64,000 nucleotides of DNA from a virus. A model generated the notes under the pieces. That model worked only from the letters and a program-made list of their open reading frames with translations. It did no database searches and was not told the origin of the DNA. The stretch is from the IMG/VR virus record IMGVR_UViG_3300025759_000063, positions 1 through 64,000 of that record; one strand, written 5' to 3'. The position numbers were made by a program, and so were the translations under genes. Below are positions 1 to 9,326 of this stretch, piece by piece. Positions within the stretch are counted from its first letter, which is position 1; the number at the start of each line of letters is the position of its first letter.

Positions 1-663
1 AGACTGTTCTCCACCTTCAGATTGACCCTGAGGTTGACTTTCAGAAGACTGAGAACCCTCATCCGATTGAGTATTTCCCTCAGGATTCTGCTCTGCTGGA
101 GACTCTTCTTTATCTTCTTGTTCTTTCTTACAATACTTATAAAGTTCCTCAGCAGCAATCAGAACATCGGCAAAAGTTTCAGTATTGGCAATTAGATCAA
201 TGATTTCTGCCTCTTCACCTTGCTCAATACGAACATCAACAAAGTTACCAATCTTAAAGTAAAGGTTGGCACGGTCGGCAAGATTAAACTTAGAGATATC
301 CTCATCAGTAATATTAAAGAAGTCTTGCTCGTTCAGTTCTTTATATCCACGATAGAAAGACTTGCCTATACCAAGATACTTACGCTTCATCAGTTTCTCA
401 ATGCGAGCATCCTCCACTACATTGACAAACTGCATTGGAATCTCAAACCCCCATTCATCGCTGGGAGTGAAGAGTGCATGTCCCACTTCATGCCCCACCA
501 GCATATCGTATACGGTGCTGGAAGCGCGTTCCCACATAGGAAGGGTTAGAACCCTATTCAGCACGTCAAAGGACGCCGTAGAGACCTTCTTGTGCTCCAC
601 CACCAAATCCTCAGTGGCAAGCAGTTTGGCGAGTTGGGATTTGATTTCGTGGTTGACGGTCAT
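1..663 (-). CDS. Putative HExxH zinc metallopeptidase (CobT/VWA-associated type of T4-like cyanophages); 3' end lies outside the window
   Basis: Not in the ORF track because it runs off the edge. Manual translation from ATG at 663: MTVNHEIKSQLAKLLATEDLVVEHKKVSTASFDVLNRVLTLPMWERASSTVYDMLVGHEVGHALFTP..., containing GHEVGH. A TATAAT lies about 25 nt upstream. Confidence 0.8.
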   Translation of the reverse strand, partial: MTVNHEIKSQLAKLLATEDLVVEHKKVSTASFDVLNRVLTLPMWERASSTVYDMLVGHEVGHALFTPSDEWGFEIPMQFVNVVEDARIEKLMKRKYLGIGKSFYRGYKELNEQDFFNITDEDISKFNLADRANLYFKIGNFVDVRIEQGEEAEIIDLIANTETFADVLIAAEELYKYCKKEQEDKEESPAEQNPEGNTQSDEGSQSSESQPQGQSEGGEQS

Positions 664-696
664 TGGTCTCTCTGTTGCTTATGAAGCCATTATACG

Positions 697-722
697 AAAA
701 AAGGGTGCCTTGTGGGCACCCC
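697..722 (-). terminator. Rho-independent terminator
   Basis: Minus strand GGGTGCC-CACAA-GGCACCC followed by TTTTTT, downstream of the 743-910 gene. Confidence 0.65.
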
Positions 723-742
723 TCAGACGGTTTGAAAACTGG

Positions 743-910
743 TTACGCTGTGAGGATCTTTCTACATACCTTCCTACACGTCTGTGTATCCTCATCACAA
801 TCAGTCAAACAGTCAAAGTATTCAGAAATCAAATCATTTTCATTCTCCTTATCATAAGACCCATTACTATACCAATAAGCAAGTTGATTATACGAAACTA
901 AATTATGCAT
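743..910 (-). CDS. Small cyanophage-type hypothetical protein with C-terminal four-Cys motif
   Basis: MHNLVSYNQL...EYFDCLTDCDEDTQTCRKVCRKIL; start placed at the MHNL Met. Confidence 0.65.
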   Translation of the reverse strand: MHNLVSYNQLAYWYSNGSYDKENENDLISEYFDCLTDCDEDTQTCRKVCRKILTA

Positions 911-1030
911 GATAACCTCCACGCACAAAGAACTCATAACAAAGAAATTTCAGATCATTGTTTTCTCACTCCTACATTCTACCATTATATATGCAAATTA
1001 TAACAAAATCTTAATAAAAATTTATGCCTA

Positions 1031-1177
1031 CTAGTTTATACCTATAAAAGAAGCACCCCTTTCGGAGTGCTTTTTCTTGAATGCCTTGAGTCTTGCCTTT
1101 GCTTGCCTCAGTGCTTGGGGTTTAAGTTTTCGTTTCTGTTCTTTCTTGGAATGATGCTTCCAGTTTGGTACTTGCAT
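1031..1177 (-). CDS. Small basic hypothetical protein (48 aa)
   Basis: Manual translation MQVPNWKHHSKKEQKRKLKPQALRQAKARLKAFKKKHSERGASFIGIN; follows gp46; below the ORF-track cutoff. Confidence 0.6.
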   Translation of the reverse strand: MQVPNWKHHSKKEQKRKLKPQALRQAKARLKAFKKKHSERGASFIGIN

Positions 1178-1191
1178 TGTTCTTAGGTGGT

Positions 1192-2904
1192 TTAGGCCAC
1201 CATACGGGAAAAACCTTTGACTTTTTCAAACTTTATGACACTTTCAAATTTGTCCTCCAAACCAACTTTGTGAGAGATAACAAAAACATTTGCATCTTTG
1301 ATTACATAACGAATAATCTTAAGAAACTCTTCTGTTCCAAAACCATCAAGAGAACTATCAAAAACTTCATCCATGATAAGAAGATTTGTATTTACTGAGT
1401 TCTTCATTCTTGCAACCTCACGCCAGGTGAAGAGGAGTGCAAGATCGATCCTCATTTTTTCACCCTCACTAAAGGAAGCATATGAAAAGTCTTCATGAAT
1501 TGGTGACTGGACGGTTTCGTTAAATTCCTCATCAAGTGTGAAGTTAATGTAAAAGTCCATCATTTGCAGATAACGATTGACTTGCTGATTTATCAGCGGT
1601 AGATACTTCTTAATGATTTTGGATTTAACTCCACCGTCTTTAAGTAGACTATACGAAAAGTCGTAATAGTTAATTTTGTCTTTTTTAGAGGCTAGTTCTT
1701 CGTATGTAGTTTTTAGATTTTCTTTAAAGGAACTTAACTTCTCATGTTCAGAATTTCTGTTTTGTAACTGTTCGGTAATTCTTTGAATTTCAGATTCCAG
1801 ATTTTGGATCTGTCTTCTACACCCAGAAATCTTAATGTTGTTTTGAGAAATGCCATGCGTTAATTTTGTAATCTCCTTAGATAGAGCAATGAATTGACGC
1901 TCTCGCTCTTCTTCCTCTTTAATTGCCTCTTCCAGCTCTTTGTAACCAGATTGCAACTCCTTTGCTTTATTTTGAGCGTCCTTAATCCTATTTATTCTAA
2001 ACTCTTCTTCAATCGACCTTGTACATGTAGGGCATACCGAATTCTCATTGAAGAACTTGTGTTCTTGTGTAATGGTCGATACCTTTTGAGAAATCTTACC
2101 TTTCATGTTATTAAGTTTTTTCAACTTATCACTAACAGAAACCAAAGACTCTTGTTCTTTTGTGTATTGTACCAAATGAGATTCTATAATATCATTAGCA
2201 TCAACATAATCGCCAATTTCTTTGTCTAGATTGGCAATCTTTTCTTCATTGGCATTTATATTGGCATTACCACGATTCTCAAGTTCATCAATAAAGTTTT
2301 GCTGCATCTCAACTTTATCATCTAAAGATTCTTTTTTGAGATTAAGGGTTTTAATCTCATCCTTTATAAGTCGAATCTTATCTTTGATGATTGAATTCAT
2401 AGAAGAAAAAATCTTGATGTCAAGGAGATCTTCAATTACTTCTCTACGATTTGCTGCAGAGAGTTGCATAAATGGAACAAAAGTGCTGCTACCCAGAATC
2501 ACAATCTGAGTAAAAGACTTATAGTTCATTTTGATTACATTCTGCTCCAACCACTTTTGTTGGTCTAAAGCTGCTGACTTTTGATCTAAAAGTTTATTAT
2601 CCCTATAAATCTCAAAAACGTTTGGTTTAATTCCTCTTACAACTTTCCATTCAGTGTTTCCTATAGAAAATTCAATCTCAACAACACAATCCTTTTCATT
2701 TATTGTATTGATAAGTTGTGGTTTATTAATTTTTCTAAAAGGCTTTCCAAAAAGAGAAAATGTAAGTGCATCAAGAACGGTACTTTTTCCTGCACCATTT
2801 GTACCAATAATCAGATTATTTGAATTTTCAGTAAAGCAAATTTCTGTAAATTGATTTCCTGTTGACAGAAAGTTTTTCCAACGAACATTTTTAAATAAAA
2901 TCAT
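1192..2904 (-). CDS. gp46: Recombination endonuclease subunit, Rad50/SbcC-like ATPase
   Basis: Walker A GTNGAGKST, coiled coil with CPTC hook, FSEGE signature, Walker B LLIMDEVFD. Confidence 0.96.
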   Translation of the reverse strand: MILFKNVRWKNFLSTGNQFTEICFTENSNNLIIGTNGAGKSTVLDALTFSLFGKPFRKINKPQLINTINEKDCVVEIEFSIGNTEWKVVRGIKPNVFEIYRDNKLLDQKSAALDQQKWLEQNVIKMNYKSFTQIVILGSSTFVPFMQLSAANRREVIEDLLDIKIFSSMNSIIKDKIRLIKDEIKTLNLKKESLDDKVEMQQNFIDELENRGNANINANEEKIANLDKEIGDYVDANDIIESHLVQYTKEQESLVSVSDKLKKLNNMKGKISQKVSTITQEHKFFNENSVCPTCTRSIEEEFRINRIKDAQNKAKELQSGYKELEEAIKEEEERERQFIALSKEITKLTHGISQNNIKISGCRRQIQNLESEIQRITEQLQNRNSEHEKLSSFKENLKTTYEELASKKDKINYYDFSYSLLKDGGVKSKIIKKYLPLINQQVNRYLQMMDFYINFTLDEEFNETVQSPIHEDFSYASFSEGEKMRIDLALLFTWREVARMKNSVNTNLLIMDEVFDSSLDGFGTEEFLKIIRYVIKDANVFVISHKVGLEDKFESVIKFEKVKGFSRMVA

Positions 2905-3163
2905 ATTCCATATCTGGTGGGATCACAATATCATCTGGGGTTATAATAGTATACTTACAATCTTGAATTTCGCAAGTTTTTATGATAACAGAATCTTCAA
3001 TTTCTATAATATGCATTTCAGGAAATCCACTTTCCTCTAACATCATTGCATATCTCACTGCATCATCTTCAGCAGAAAATAGATACAATATTCTTTCACC
3101 ATCTTCGTTTTTTACAGAATAAGCACCTTCCTTTTCCTTTCCATCAATAGTTAGAATAAACAT
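2891..3163 (-). CDS. Hypothetical protein between gp47 and gp46
   Basis: 90-aa ORF tightly packed between its neighbours, a position typical of cyanomyoviruses. Confidence 0.8.
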   Translation of the reverse strand: MFILTIDGKEKEGAYSVKNEDGERILYLFSAEDDAVRYAMMLEESGFPEMHIIEIEDSVIIKTCEIQDCKYTIITPDDIVIPPDMEYDFI

Positions 3164-3164
3164 T

Positions 3165-4208
3165 TTAAACCATTTCGCAAGCTTCTTGATAGATTTCCTT
3201 TATCATACTCTGTATGAGTTGTTTATCAAGACCTATTTCGGCCTCCTTAATATATCTATCAAGGATAGAAAGAGTATCTTCAGATTCAAGAACTTCAAAA
3301 TCTTCATTAGATTCTAATTGAAAATTTTCAACAATCTTGAGTTCTGCAACATTTGACTTATAGAGTTTATCTACAAACTTTTCAAATTTTTTAGTGTCAC
3401 TCTTCTTTCTTACAATTACCTTTACAATTTTACTCTCATACTCGGTGGTGTCAAACGTTTGATATGGAGTATCCTCATAATAAATGTTATAAAACATTCT
3501 GAAAGGATTATTAATAGGAGTATGCTCTAAGGTTTTAGTATCAAAAATATGAAACCCACGATTGTCTTTTAAATCTGTCCAATAAATTTCATATGGATTT
3601 CCTAGATAGTGGACTGTTCCATTAGTCGATCTAGTGTGATAGTGTCCCGAGAAGACATGACTGAACTTCTCAAATAGTTTGCTCTCCAAACCATGCTCCA
3701 TGACGATTTGAGAGTTAACTCTAAATCCTGCGAGCTCAAGGTGCCCCATCGCACACTTGCAAGATGTCTTTTTAATAAGTTTGAAAGTGTTTTCTTCATT
3801 TTCAGAGTTAATCCAAGGAATAAAAAGTGTGTTTAGATTGTCAAGTTTAACTTCTGTTGCTTCAGAATATACTTTTACATTATCATATTCTCTCAACAAC
3901 AAATCTACAGAGTTTACATTATTGGTATTCTTATAATATGTTGTATGATTTCCAACAATGGTATGTACTTCTACACCCATTTCTTGAAGACGATCATAGT
4001 AGTTATTTTTTGCCCAAGCAAGAGCAGAGAAATCAATACCTTTACGACTATCAAAAGTATCTCCCATATCTACGATTGTGGTAATCCCGTACTGTTCCAG
4101 CGTCGGGAAAAACACTTCATCATAGAACTTTAGGAAATAATCATGAAAGAGTTTAGAGTTCTTTCTCGCTCCAAAATGTTGGTCAGTAATAATTGCTATT
4201 TTCATCAA
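3165..4208 (-). CDS. gp47: Recombination endonuclease subunit, Mre11/SbcD-like nuclease
   Basis: Metallophosphoesterase motifs DQHFG, GDTFD, GNH, GHL, SGHYH. Confidence 0.96.
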   Translation of the reverse strand: MMKIAIITDQHFGARKNSKLFHDYFLKFYDEVFFPTLEQYGITTIVDMGDTFDSRKGIDFSALAWAKNNYYDRLQEMGVEVHTIVGNHTTYYKNTNNVNSVDLLLREYDNVKVYSEATEVKLDNLNTLFIPWINSENEENTFKLIKKTSCKCAMGHLELAGFRVNSQIVMEHGLESKLFEKFSHVFSGHYHTRSTNGTVHYLGNPYEIYWTDLKDNRGFHIFDTKTLEHTPINNPFRMFYNIYYEDTPYQTFDTTEYESKIVKVIVRKKSDTKKFEKFVDKLYKSNVAELKIVENFQLESNEDFEVLESEDTLSILDRYIKEAEIGLDKQLIQSMIKEIYQEACEMV

Positions 4209-4741
4209 TAACGAAGTTTGGAGTGAACTGCATCCTTAATACTATTGTAGTCGGAATAGTTGTCTCCGTCAAGCTTGTTCTCATCAAATACTTCAGAGTA
4301 TCCAGAGCGTTCAATAATCTTGTTCTTGATTTCTAACTGACGCTTCTCTCTTTGAATCCTACGGAGAAAAGCATAATGAATAATTTGAGTAAAGTATGCA
4401 AAAGGATTTTGAGACTTCTCTGGATTGAAATTGTGAATATACTGAACACAATTTTCAATGCCATCACTAATCATATCTTCCTTGAACATATAGTTCACGA
4501 AGTTTGGTTTAAATGAAAGATGGTTGGCAATCTTCAGGAAACACTCACCAATGTAGCGAGGAATAGGTGGTTTTGTGTCCCATGTTGTCTTTCTATCCTC
4601 ATCAGTAATCTCTCTACCATACTTCTGAATGAAGGTGATTTCAATATCCTCACGATATTTAATTAGAGCAGCAAGAAACTCTTTGTTATTTACATAGTGC
4701 TCTGACCTTTTTCTTTTGGCCATGACGTTTGTGGTTATCAT
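4205..4741 (-). CDS. gp55: Late-transcription sigma factor
   Basis: HYVNNKEF, YIGECFLKIA, NPFAYFTQIIHYAFLRRIQREK motifs typical of T4-like gp55. Confidence 0.95.
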   Translation of the reverse strand: MITTNVMAKRKRSEHYVNNKEFLAALIKYREDIEITFIQKYGREITDEDRKTTWDTKPPIPRYIGECFLKIANHLSFKPNFVNYMFKEDMISDGIENCVQYIHNFNPEKSQNPFAYFTQIIHYAFLRRIQREKRQLEIKNKIIERSGYSEVFDENKLDGDNYSDYNSIKDAVHSKLRY

Positions 4742-4766
4742 AAGTTTTCATCATTACTATGTAGAT

Positions 4767-4795
4767 ATTATAACATTTATCCATATAGTTGACAA
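4767..4795 (-). promoter_or_regulatory. Host-like sigma70 promoter for gp55-gp47-gp46
   Basis: Minus strand TTGTCA-17 bp-TATAAT with TGn extension. Confidence 0.75.
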
Positions 4796-4817
4796 GATAA
4801 CAAATTGTCTGTAGAAT
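4789..4817 (+). promoter_or_regulatory. Divergent sigma70 promoter pointing antisense into the 4857-5252 gene and uvsW
   Basis: TTGACA (4789-4794), 17-bp spacer, TAGAAT (4812-4817). Confidence 0.6.
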
Positions 4818-4856
4818 ACCTTTGTTAGGGTTGATGGATAAGACTTAGCTACTTAA

Positions 4857-5252
4857 TTAGCTCTCTTTAAATATCTTTTCTAGTAGTATCTTTGCTTCAT
4901 TAACAGAAGAGATGTATCCCATTTTACGATCTATTTCTAATTGATTATTTCCATTAGACCTTAATTGATTGATAAAATCTTGATGCATCATAATCATTTC
5001 GACATCATAGGATTCTGACATTGTTAATACATCATCAGAATTGATGACAAATAAATCTTCTGTTGTTGTTTTTAACCAAGGTTCTAATTTGTAACCAACA
5101 ACTTCATTTTGTTTTTTTATTTCTTCAACAATAATTGCATTAGATACTAATAGAAGAGTTCTGTCTGAAGTTTCTTCGGTTACAACTACCTTACAGAAAA
5201 TCTCTTCTCCATTCTTAAATTTTATTGTTGCATAAAAGTCTTCTTCCGTCAT
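4857..5252 (-). CDS. Conserved T4-like hypothetical protein
   Basis: 131-aa ORF in the usual position between uvsW and gp55. Confidence 0.8.
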   Translation of the reverse strand: MTEEDFYATIKFKNGEEIFCKVVVTEETSDRTLLLVSNAIIVEEIKKQNEVVGYKLEPWLKTTTEDLFVINSDDVLTMSESYDVEMIMMHQDFINQLRSNGNNQLEIDRKMGYISSVNEAKILLEKIFKES

Positions 5253-5255
5253 TGT

Positions 5256-6728
5256 TTATTTTATTTTAACTGTGACTATTTCATAATTAAAGTTTTCTTC
5301 ATTGTATATTTTGATTCTTTCTATAAAATGATTTAATGTGTAATTTTTTCTTGATTTAAATGTACAATCATCAGCAATATCGTAAAGTACGGCTTTTGTT
5401 TTATTTTTTCCTTTCCTTAGAATTCTTCCAATTGATTGTAAATTTCTAACTCTTGATTTACTTGGTGAAGCAAAGATTACATTATGCAAATTTTTAATAT
5501 TGATGCCAGTGCTAAAAGTGCCATAAGAAGCAACAATAATTGCATTGTTTTCTCTCTCTGTGATTTCTCTGACTAATTCTCTTTCCTCAGTATCAACACC
5601 ACCATGAACAAAGAAAATCTTTCGATCTCCCTGTTTGTTATTATTTATTCTGTCATATAATATCTGCCCATGAGCTTCTACTCTACTGAACAAAACCAAA
5701 GTATTGCCTTTCAGGTCCAATGCAAGATTTGTTATAAATTTATTTCTTTGATCATGACCAATTAAGTATTGAATCTCATCTTCATATTTTTCAAAATTTT
5801 GAGGATCGTGCTTTAGAACTACACATTGAATATCAAGTTGAGACAAGTGACCTTGCTTCATTAATTCGTCAGTTCTAGTCACCTTATATGAGGGACCAAA
5901 TAATCCTTCAAGAACCCACTTATGTGTTTGTGTTCCATCAAGAGTTCCTGTAAATCCAAATCTATATTTTGCATGATGCAACTTAGTCATAATCTGAACT
6001 AATGATTTGCTCTTGAATAAATGTGCCTCATCACCTATAATTACACCATAATCTTCGAAGAAAGATCTTTCTAACTTATAAACAGATTGCCATGTTGTAA
6101 TTGTAACTGGAGCATCATTTGTCTTCTCTCTTCCCGAATAAATCCTGTGACAATATGAATCTGCATTCCAACCATAGTCAAGAAAATCCTTATACATCTG
6201 CTCTACAAGAGATGTCGTTGGAACAACTAGAAGAATTTTTTGTCCTTTATCTACATAGTATCTTACTAGGGAATAAATCATCAGTGATTTGCCTGATGCA
6301 GTGGGACTTATCAATAGTTTTCTGTTATGCCTTAATGCATCATATACTCCCTCAACTTGATATTTTCTTGGAGAGTGAGTACAAATAGAGTTCATATAAT
6401 CATTTACTCCTTCATATGAAATATTATCATTTTCTTCGTATGGAGTTCCGTAAAACTTATTATTTTCAAACTTATAAGTGTATCCATATTGCTTACAAAA
6501 AGATACAATCTTATCTAAGAGACCCACATAGATCTGCTTGGACCTCATATCATATAAATGAATTTCTCCATTCCAGTTCTTACCCCTATATTGAGGCATG
6601 AATTTTGCATTTGGGACCTCAAACTTGAAATGATCTCTAAGTTCATATTCAATATGAGGCTCTGTGTTAATCTTCAAAAATACTTCGTTGGATTTTGATA
6701 TTACAAGATTTGCTGTAGTGTCAATCAC
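5256..6728 (-). CDS. uvsW: UvsW RNA-DNA/DNA-DNA helicase (SF2)
   Basis: SPTASGKS, DEAH, TGT and QSIGRILR motifs; synteny with uvsY. Confidence 0.95.
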   Translation of the reverse strand: MIDTTANLVISKSNEVFLKINTEPHIEYELRDHFKFEVPNAKFMPQYRGKNWNGEIHLYDMRSKQIYVGLLDKIVSFCKQYGYTYKFENNKFYGTPYEENDNISYEGVNDYMNSICTHSPRKYQVEGVYDALRHNRKLLISPTASGKSLMIYSLVRYYVDKGQKILLVVPTTSLVEQMYKDFLDYGWNADSYCHRIYSGREKTNDAPVTITTWQSVYKLERSFFEDYGVIIGDEAHLFKSKSLVQIMTKLHHAKYRFGFTGTLDGTQTHKWVLEGLFGPSYKVTRTDELMKQGHLSQLDIQCVVLKHDPQNFEKYEDEIQYLIGHDQRNKFITNLALDLKGNTLVLFSRVEAHGQILYDRINNNKQGDRKIFFVHGGVDTEERELVREITERENNAIIVASYGTFSTGINIKNLHNVIFASPSKSRVRNLQSIGRILRKGKNKTKAVLYDIADDCTFKSRKNYTLNHFIERIKIYNEENFNYEIVTVKIK

Positions 6729-6756
6729 ATGAATCCATTCATCTGAAGGTATTTAT

Positions 6757-7194
6757 TTACCCTAGGCCAGAACTAAATCTCATAAACTCAATTGCATTCT
6801 TGATTTGATATGTTCTGTTTTGTATCACTTTCAGAATGCTTTCGAGATAGACAAGCATAGTTTCATAGTAATCAAGTTTCAAATTAACCGTAGATAACTT
6901 TTCATCAGCATCAAGATATTTTTGCATCGTATCTTTGTCGCGGATTTTTTTAGGAAATGGATCCTCTATGTAAACATCGGGATCTGCTTTTCCAGAATAG
7001 TACTCATATCTTTCGTGCCTAATATTTCTTTTTTGTTGTTCTGCTTTCTTTTTTAGAAGAATGATTGTATTATAAAGTTCAAAGTATTTTGCATGAAGTG
7101 TGGGAATATTTGTAGATTCTGTATGAAGATTATCCATATCTATCTTAGAATCCTTCTCCCACATTTTTTGAATAGTATCAAGATCAATTGTCAT
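6757..7194 (-). CDS. uvsY: UvsY recombination mediator
   Basis: LHAKY...RYEYYSGKA...RTYQIKNAIEF pattern; synteny. Confidence 0.92.
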   Translation of the reverse strand: MTIDLDTIQKMWEKDSKIDMDNLHTESTNIPTLHAKYFELYNTIILLKKKAEQQKRNIRHERYEYYSGKADPDVYIEDPFPKKIRDKDTMQKYLDADEKLSTVNLKLDYYETMLVYLESILKVIQNRTYQIKNAIEFMRFSSGLG

Positions 7195-7754
7195 AAAAGA
7201 TTTCCACTTAAATCAGTGATGTTGTAAATAGTATACTTGAAAGATACCTCTGCTGTAAAGTACTGAATGTCCGTATCCGTAGCATCAAAATCCAATGTTG
7301 TCAAAGAATATGGCCAAAGATCTTTAAACATCACTTTAAAATTTGGTTGGAAGTTGCTATTTAATATTGTCAAAGTTCCATCGGAATATATGTCTTGAGA
7401 GTTAGAATCTTTAAGTTCAACTCTTCCTGGTTGTCTTTGTAAATTATATATTTCTTTGAGAGAGTCTGGATATCCCAATCCACGTATCCAGTTTTGAACT
7501 TCTAGATAGTTTTTTAAATCTTCATCTACAATAAATCTCAAATTAAAATCATCAAATTGAATTTTATCTCCAGGAACATCAATATCTTTCAAATAAGTTG
7601 GTTGAATTGCACCACCAAGAGTAAGTCCTGGAATATTTGCAGAGTTGCTAAAAAAAGAAACTTTGGGTGCTCTATTTAAAGTAAATTCAAAACCAGTTGG
7701 AGATAGAAAATTTCTATTTGCTATCTGACTATTATTGATATTCGATAATGCCAT
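7191..7754 (-). CDS. gp3: Tail completion and sheath stabilizer
   Basis: NRNFLSPTGF, ANIPG, FIVDEDLKNY; follows gp23 in cyanophages. Confidence 0.88.
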   Translation of the reverse strand: MALSNINNSQIANRNFLSPTGFEFTLNRAPKVSFFSNSANIPGLTLGGAIQPTYLKDIDVPGDKIQFDDFNLRFIVDEDLKNYLEVQNWIRGLGYPDSLKEIYNLQRQPGRVELKDSNSQDIYSDGTLTILNSNFQPNFKVMFKDLWPYSLTTLDFDATDTDIQYFTAEVSFKYTIYNITDLSGNLL

Positions 7755-7771
7755 TTTTTTAATTATTTAGA

Positions 7772-7801
7772 TAAAAAAAGAGGGTTCCGAAGAACCCTCT
7801 T
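7772..7801 (-). terminator. Terminator after the major capsid gene
   Basis: AAGAGGGTTC-TTCG-GAACCCTCTT then a T-run; UUCG tetraloop. Confidence 0.9.
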
Positions 7802-7825
7802 AAAATGTTATGGCGTGAACCAATA

Positions 7826-9244
7826 TCACATGAGATTTCTGACTTGAACTCTTCTGTAATAACGGTTGCTGTTTGACTGCAGTCTGCCAAGACCTTGACC
7901 GTCCTGAACAGCACCTTCTGCGAATGGATTTGCGACAAGACCATAACGGGTCTTAAATCCAATCTTGGGTTGGAAGGTGTCCTCACCAACTGAACGAACC
8001 ATCTGGAGAGGAACGTATGGGCAATAGAACATACCTGCGTCATAAGGTGATGAACCCTTATAACCAACAACGTAGTATTGGTTGGCAGCGTTATTTGCAG
8101 CATAAGGATCGATATAAACACGATACTTACCTTGCAGAACACCAGCAAAGGTGTTGCCAGTGTCATCAACGTTCAGGTTAGCGTTGAGTGCTGGGGTGTA
8201 ATCGAGTACACCAGCCATGGTGAGTGCAGAAGCAACATCAGCAGAACAAAGGATGATGTTACCCTTTCCTCTACGAGTACGCTGTGCAATCTGGTTAGCA
8301 TCGCGCTCGATTTGGAACAGAAGACCCTTGAACTTCTCAACTGACCAACGACCGTTGGAGTCAACGTCGAGGTCGAATACACCTGCGGTTGCTGTATTTA
8401 CTTGAGCACCAGCTTCTGCAGTGATGTATACGCTGCGGATAACTTCGCGGTTGATTTCAGCAAGAATCTCAGATGACAGAATGTTGGCGAGTTCTGCTTC
8501 TGCGTTCAGACCGTGAATTGCCTTCAGGTCCTGAGCGAGTTCGAGTGAATACTCGGCCTTCAGTGCTCTTGAACGTGCAGTAACCGTAACTTTCTCGATT
8601 GAGAAAGCCATTTGGTTAAACTGATTGTTGGTAGCATCGCCAAGTGCTTCTGAATCGCCGGTATCCATACCAGCAGAAGTTTTGTAACTGCCAACTGGAC
8701 TATCGTTGAGTACTGATGGATTTGCCTCTTGAAGAGTCAGTGCGGCAGTAGTACCAATACCAACTCCGTTTGCATAACCATCTTGGGTCAGGGTGTTGGC
8801 AGCATTCTGCGCAGAGAAACGCTGATCTGCTTCATCGAACAGGGCTTCGTTTCCAGACTGACTACCATAACGTGCACGCATTGCAAAGATAAGTCCAGTA
8901 GGACCTGTCATTGGTTGAACGCCTGCGATGTCATATGCAACCAGGTTAGGCATTGAACGTCTGATCAACGAAATCAGAACGGGATCAAAACCTGCAACTG
9001 GACCTGCAGCAGCAGCATCAGCACCAAAACCTCCTTGAGCGCCAGCAGCGTTGCCGACATTGGTTGGTGCCTCAGTCAGGAATGAACCTGATGTTGCGAA
9101 AGCATTTTGCTCTCTTAAAAATTTTTCTTGGTTTTCGAGCAGGACTGCGGTTACAGCTCTCTTATGCGAATCTTTGATTGAATCAAGACCCTCATGATTG
9201 AGGAGAGGTGCCCACTTTTCCTGCAGATGCTCTGAATGGAACAT
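7826..9244 (-). CDS. gp23: Major capsid protein
   Basis: FDPVLISLIRR, GVQPMTGPTGLIFAMR, SRALKAEYSLELAQDLKAIHG, FQPKIGFKTRYG. Confidence 0.98.
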   Translation of the reverse strand: MFHSEHLQEKWAPLLNHEGLDSIKDSHKRAVTAVLLENQEKFLREQNAFATSGSFLTEAPTNVGNAAGAQGGFGADAAAAGPVAGFDPVLISLIRRSMPNLVAYDIAGVQPMTGPTGLIFAMRARYGSQSGNEALFDEADQRFSAQNAANTLTQDGYANGVGIGTTAALTLQEANPSVLNDSPVGSYKTSAGMDTGDSEALGDATNNQFNQMAFSIEKVTVTARSRALKAEYSLELAQDLKAIHGLNAEAELANILSSEILAEINREVIRSVYITAEAGAQVNTATAGVFDLDVDSNGRWSVEKFKGLLFQIERDANQIAQRTRRGKGNIILCSADVASALTMAGVLDYTPALNANLNVDDTGNTFAGVLQGKYRVYIDPYAANNAANQYYVVGYKGSSPYDAGMFYCPYVPLQMVRSVGEDTFQPKIGFKTRYGLVANPFAEGAVQDGQGLGRLQSNSNRYYRRVQVRNLM

Positions 9245-9326
9245 TTGCTTTATACCTTTAGTAAGTGTTTATTTTGGGGTTTGAATTATATTAAATTCAA
9301 TTGTTTACTTAATCAAAAACTGAATA

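Noticed and set aside
743-910. CP12 auxiliary gene
   Set aside because: Lacks the AWD..EEL core and CxxxPxxxxC tail of CP12.
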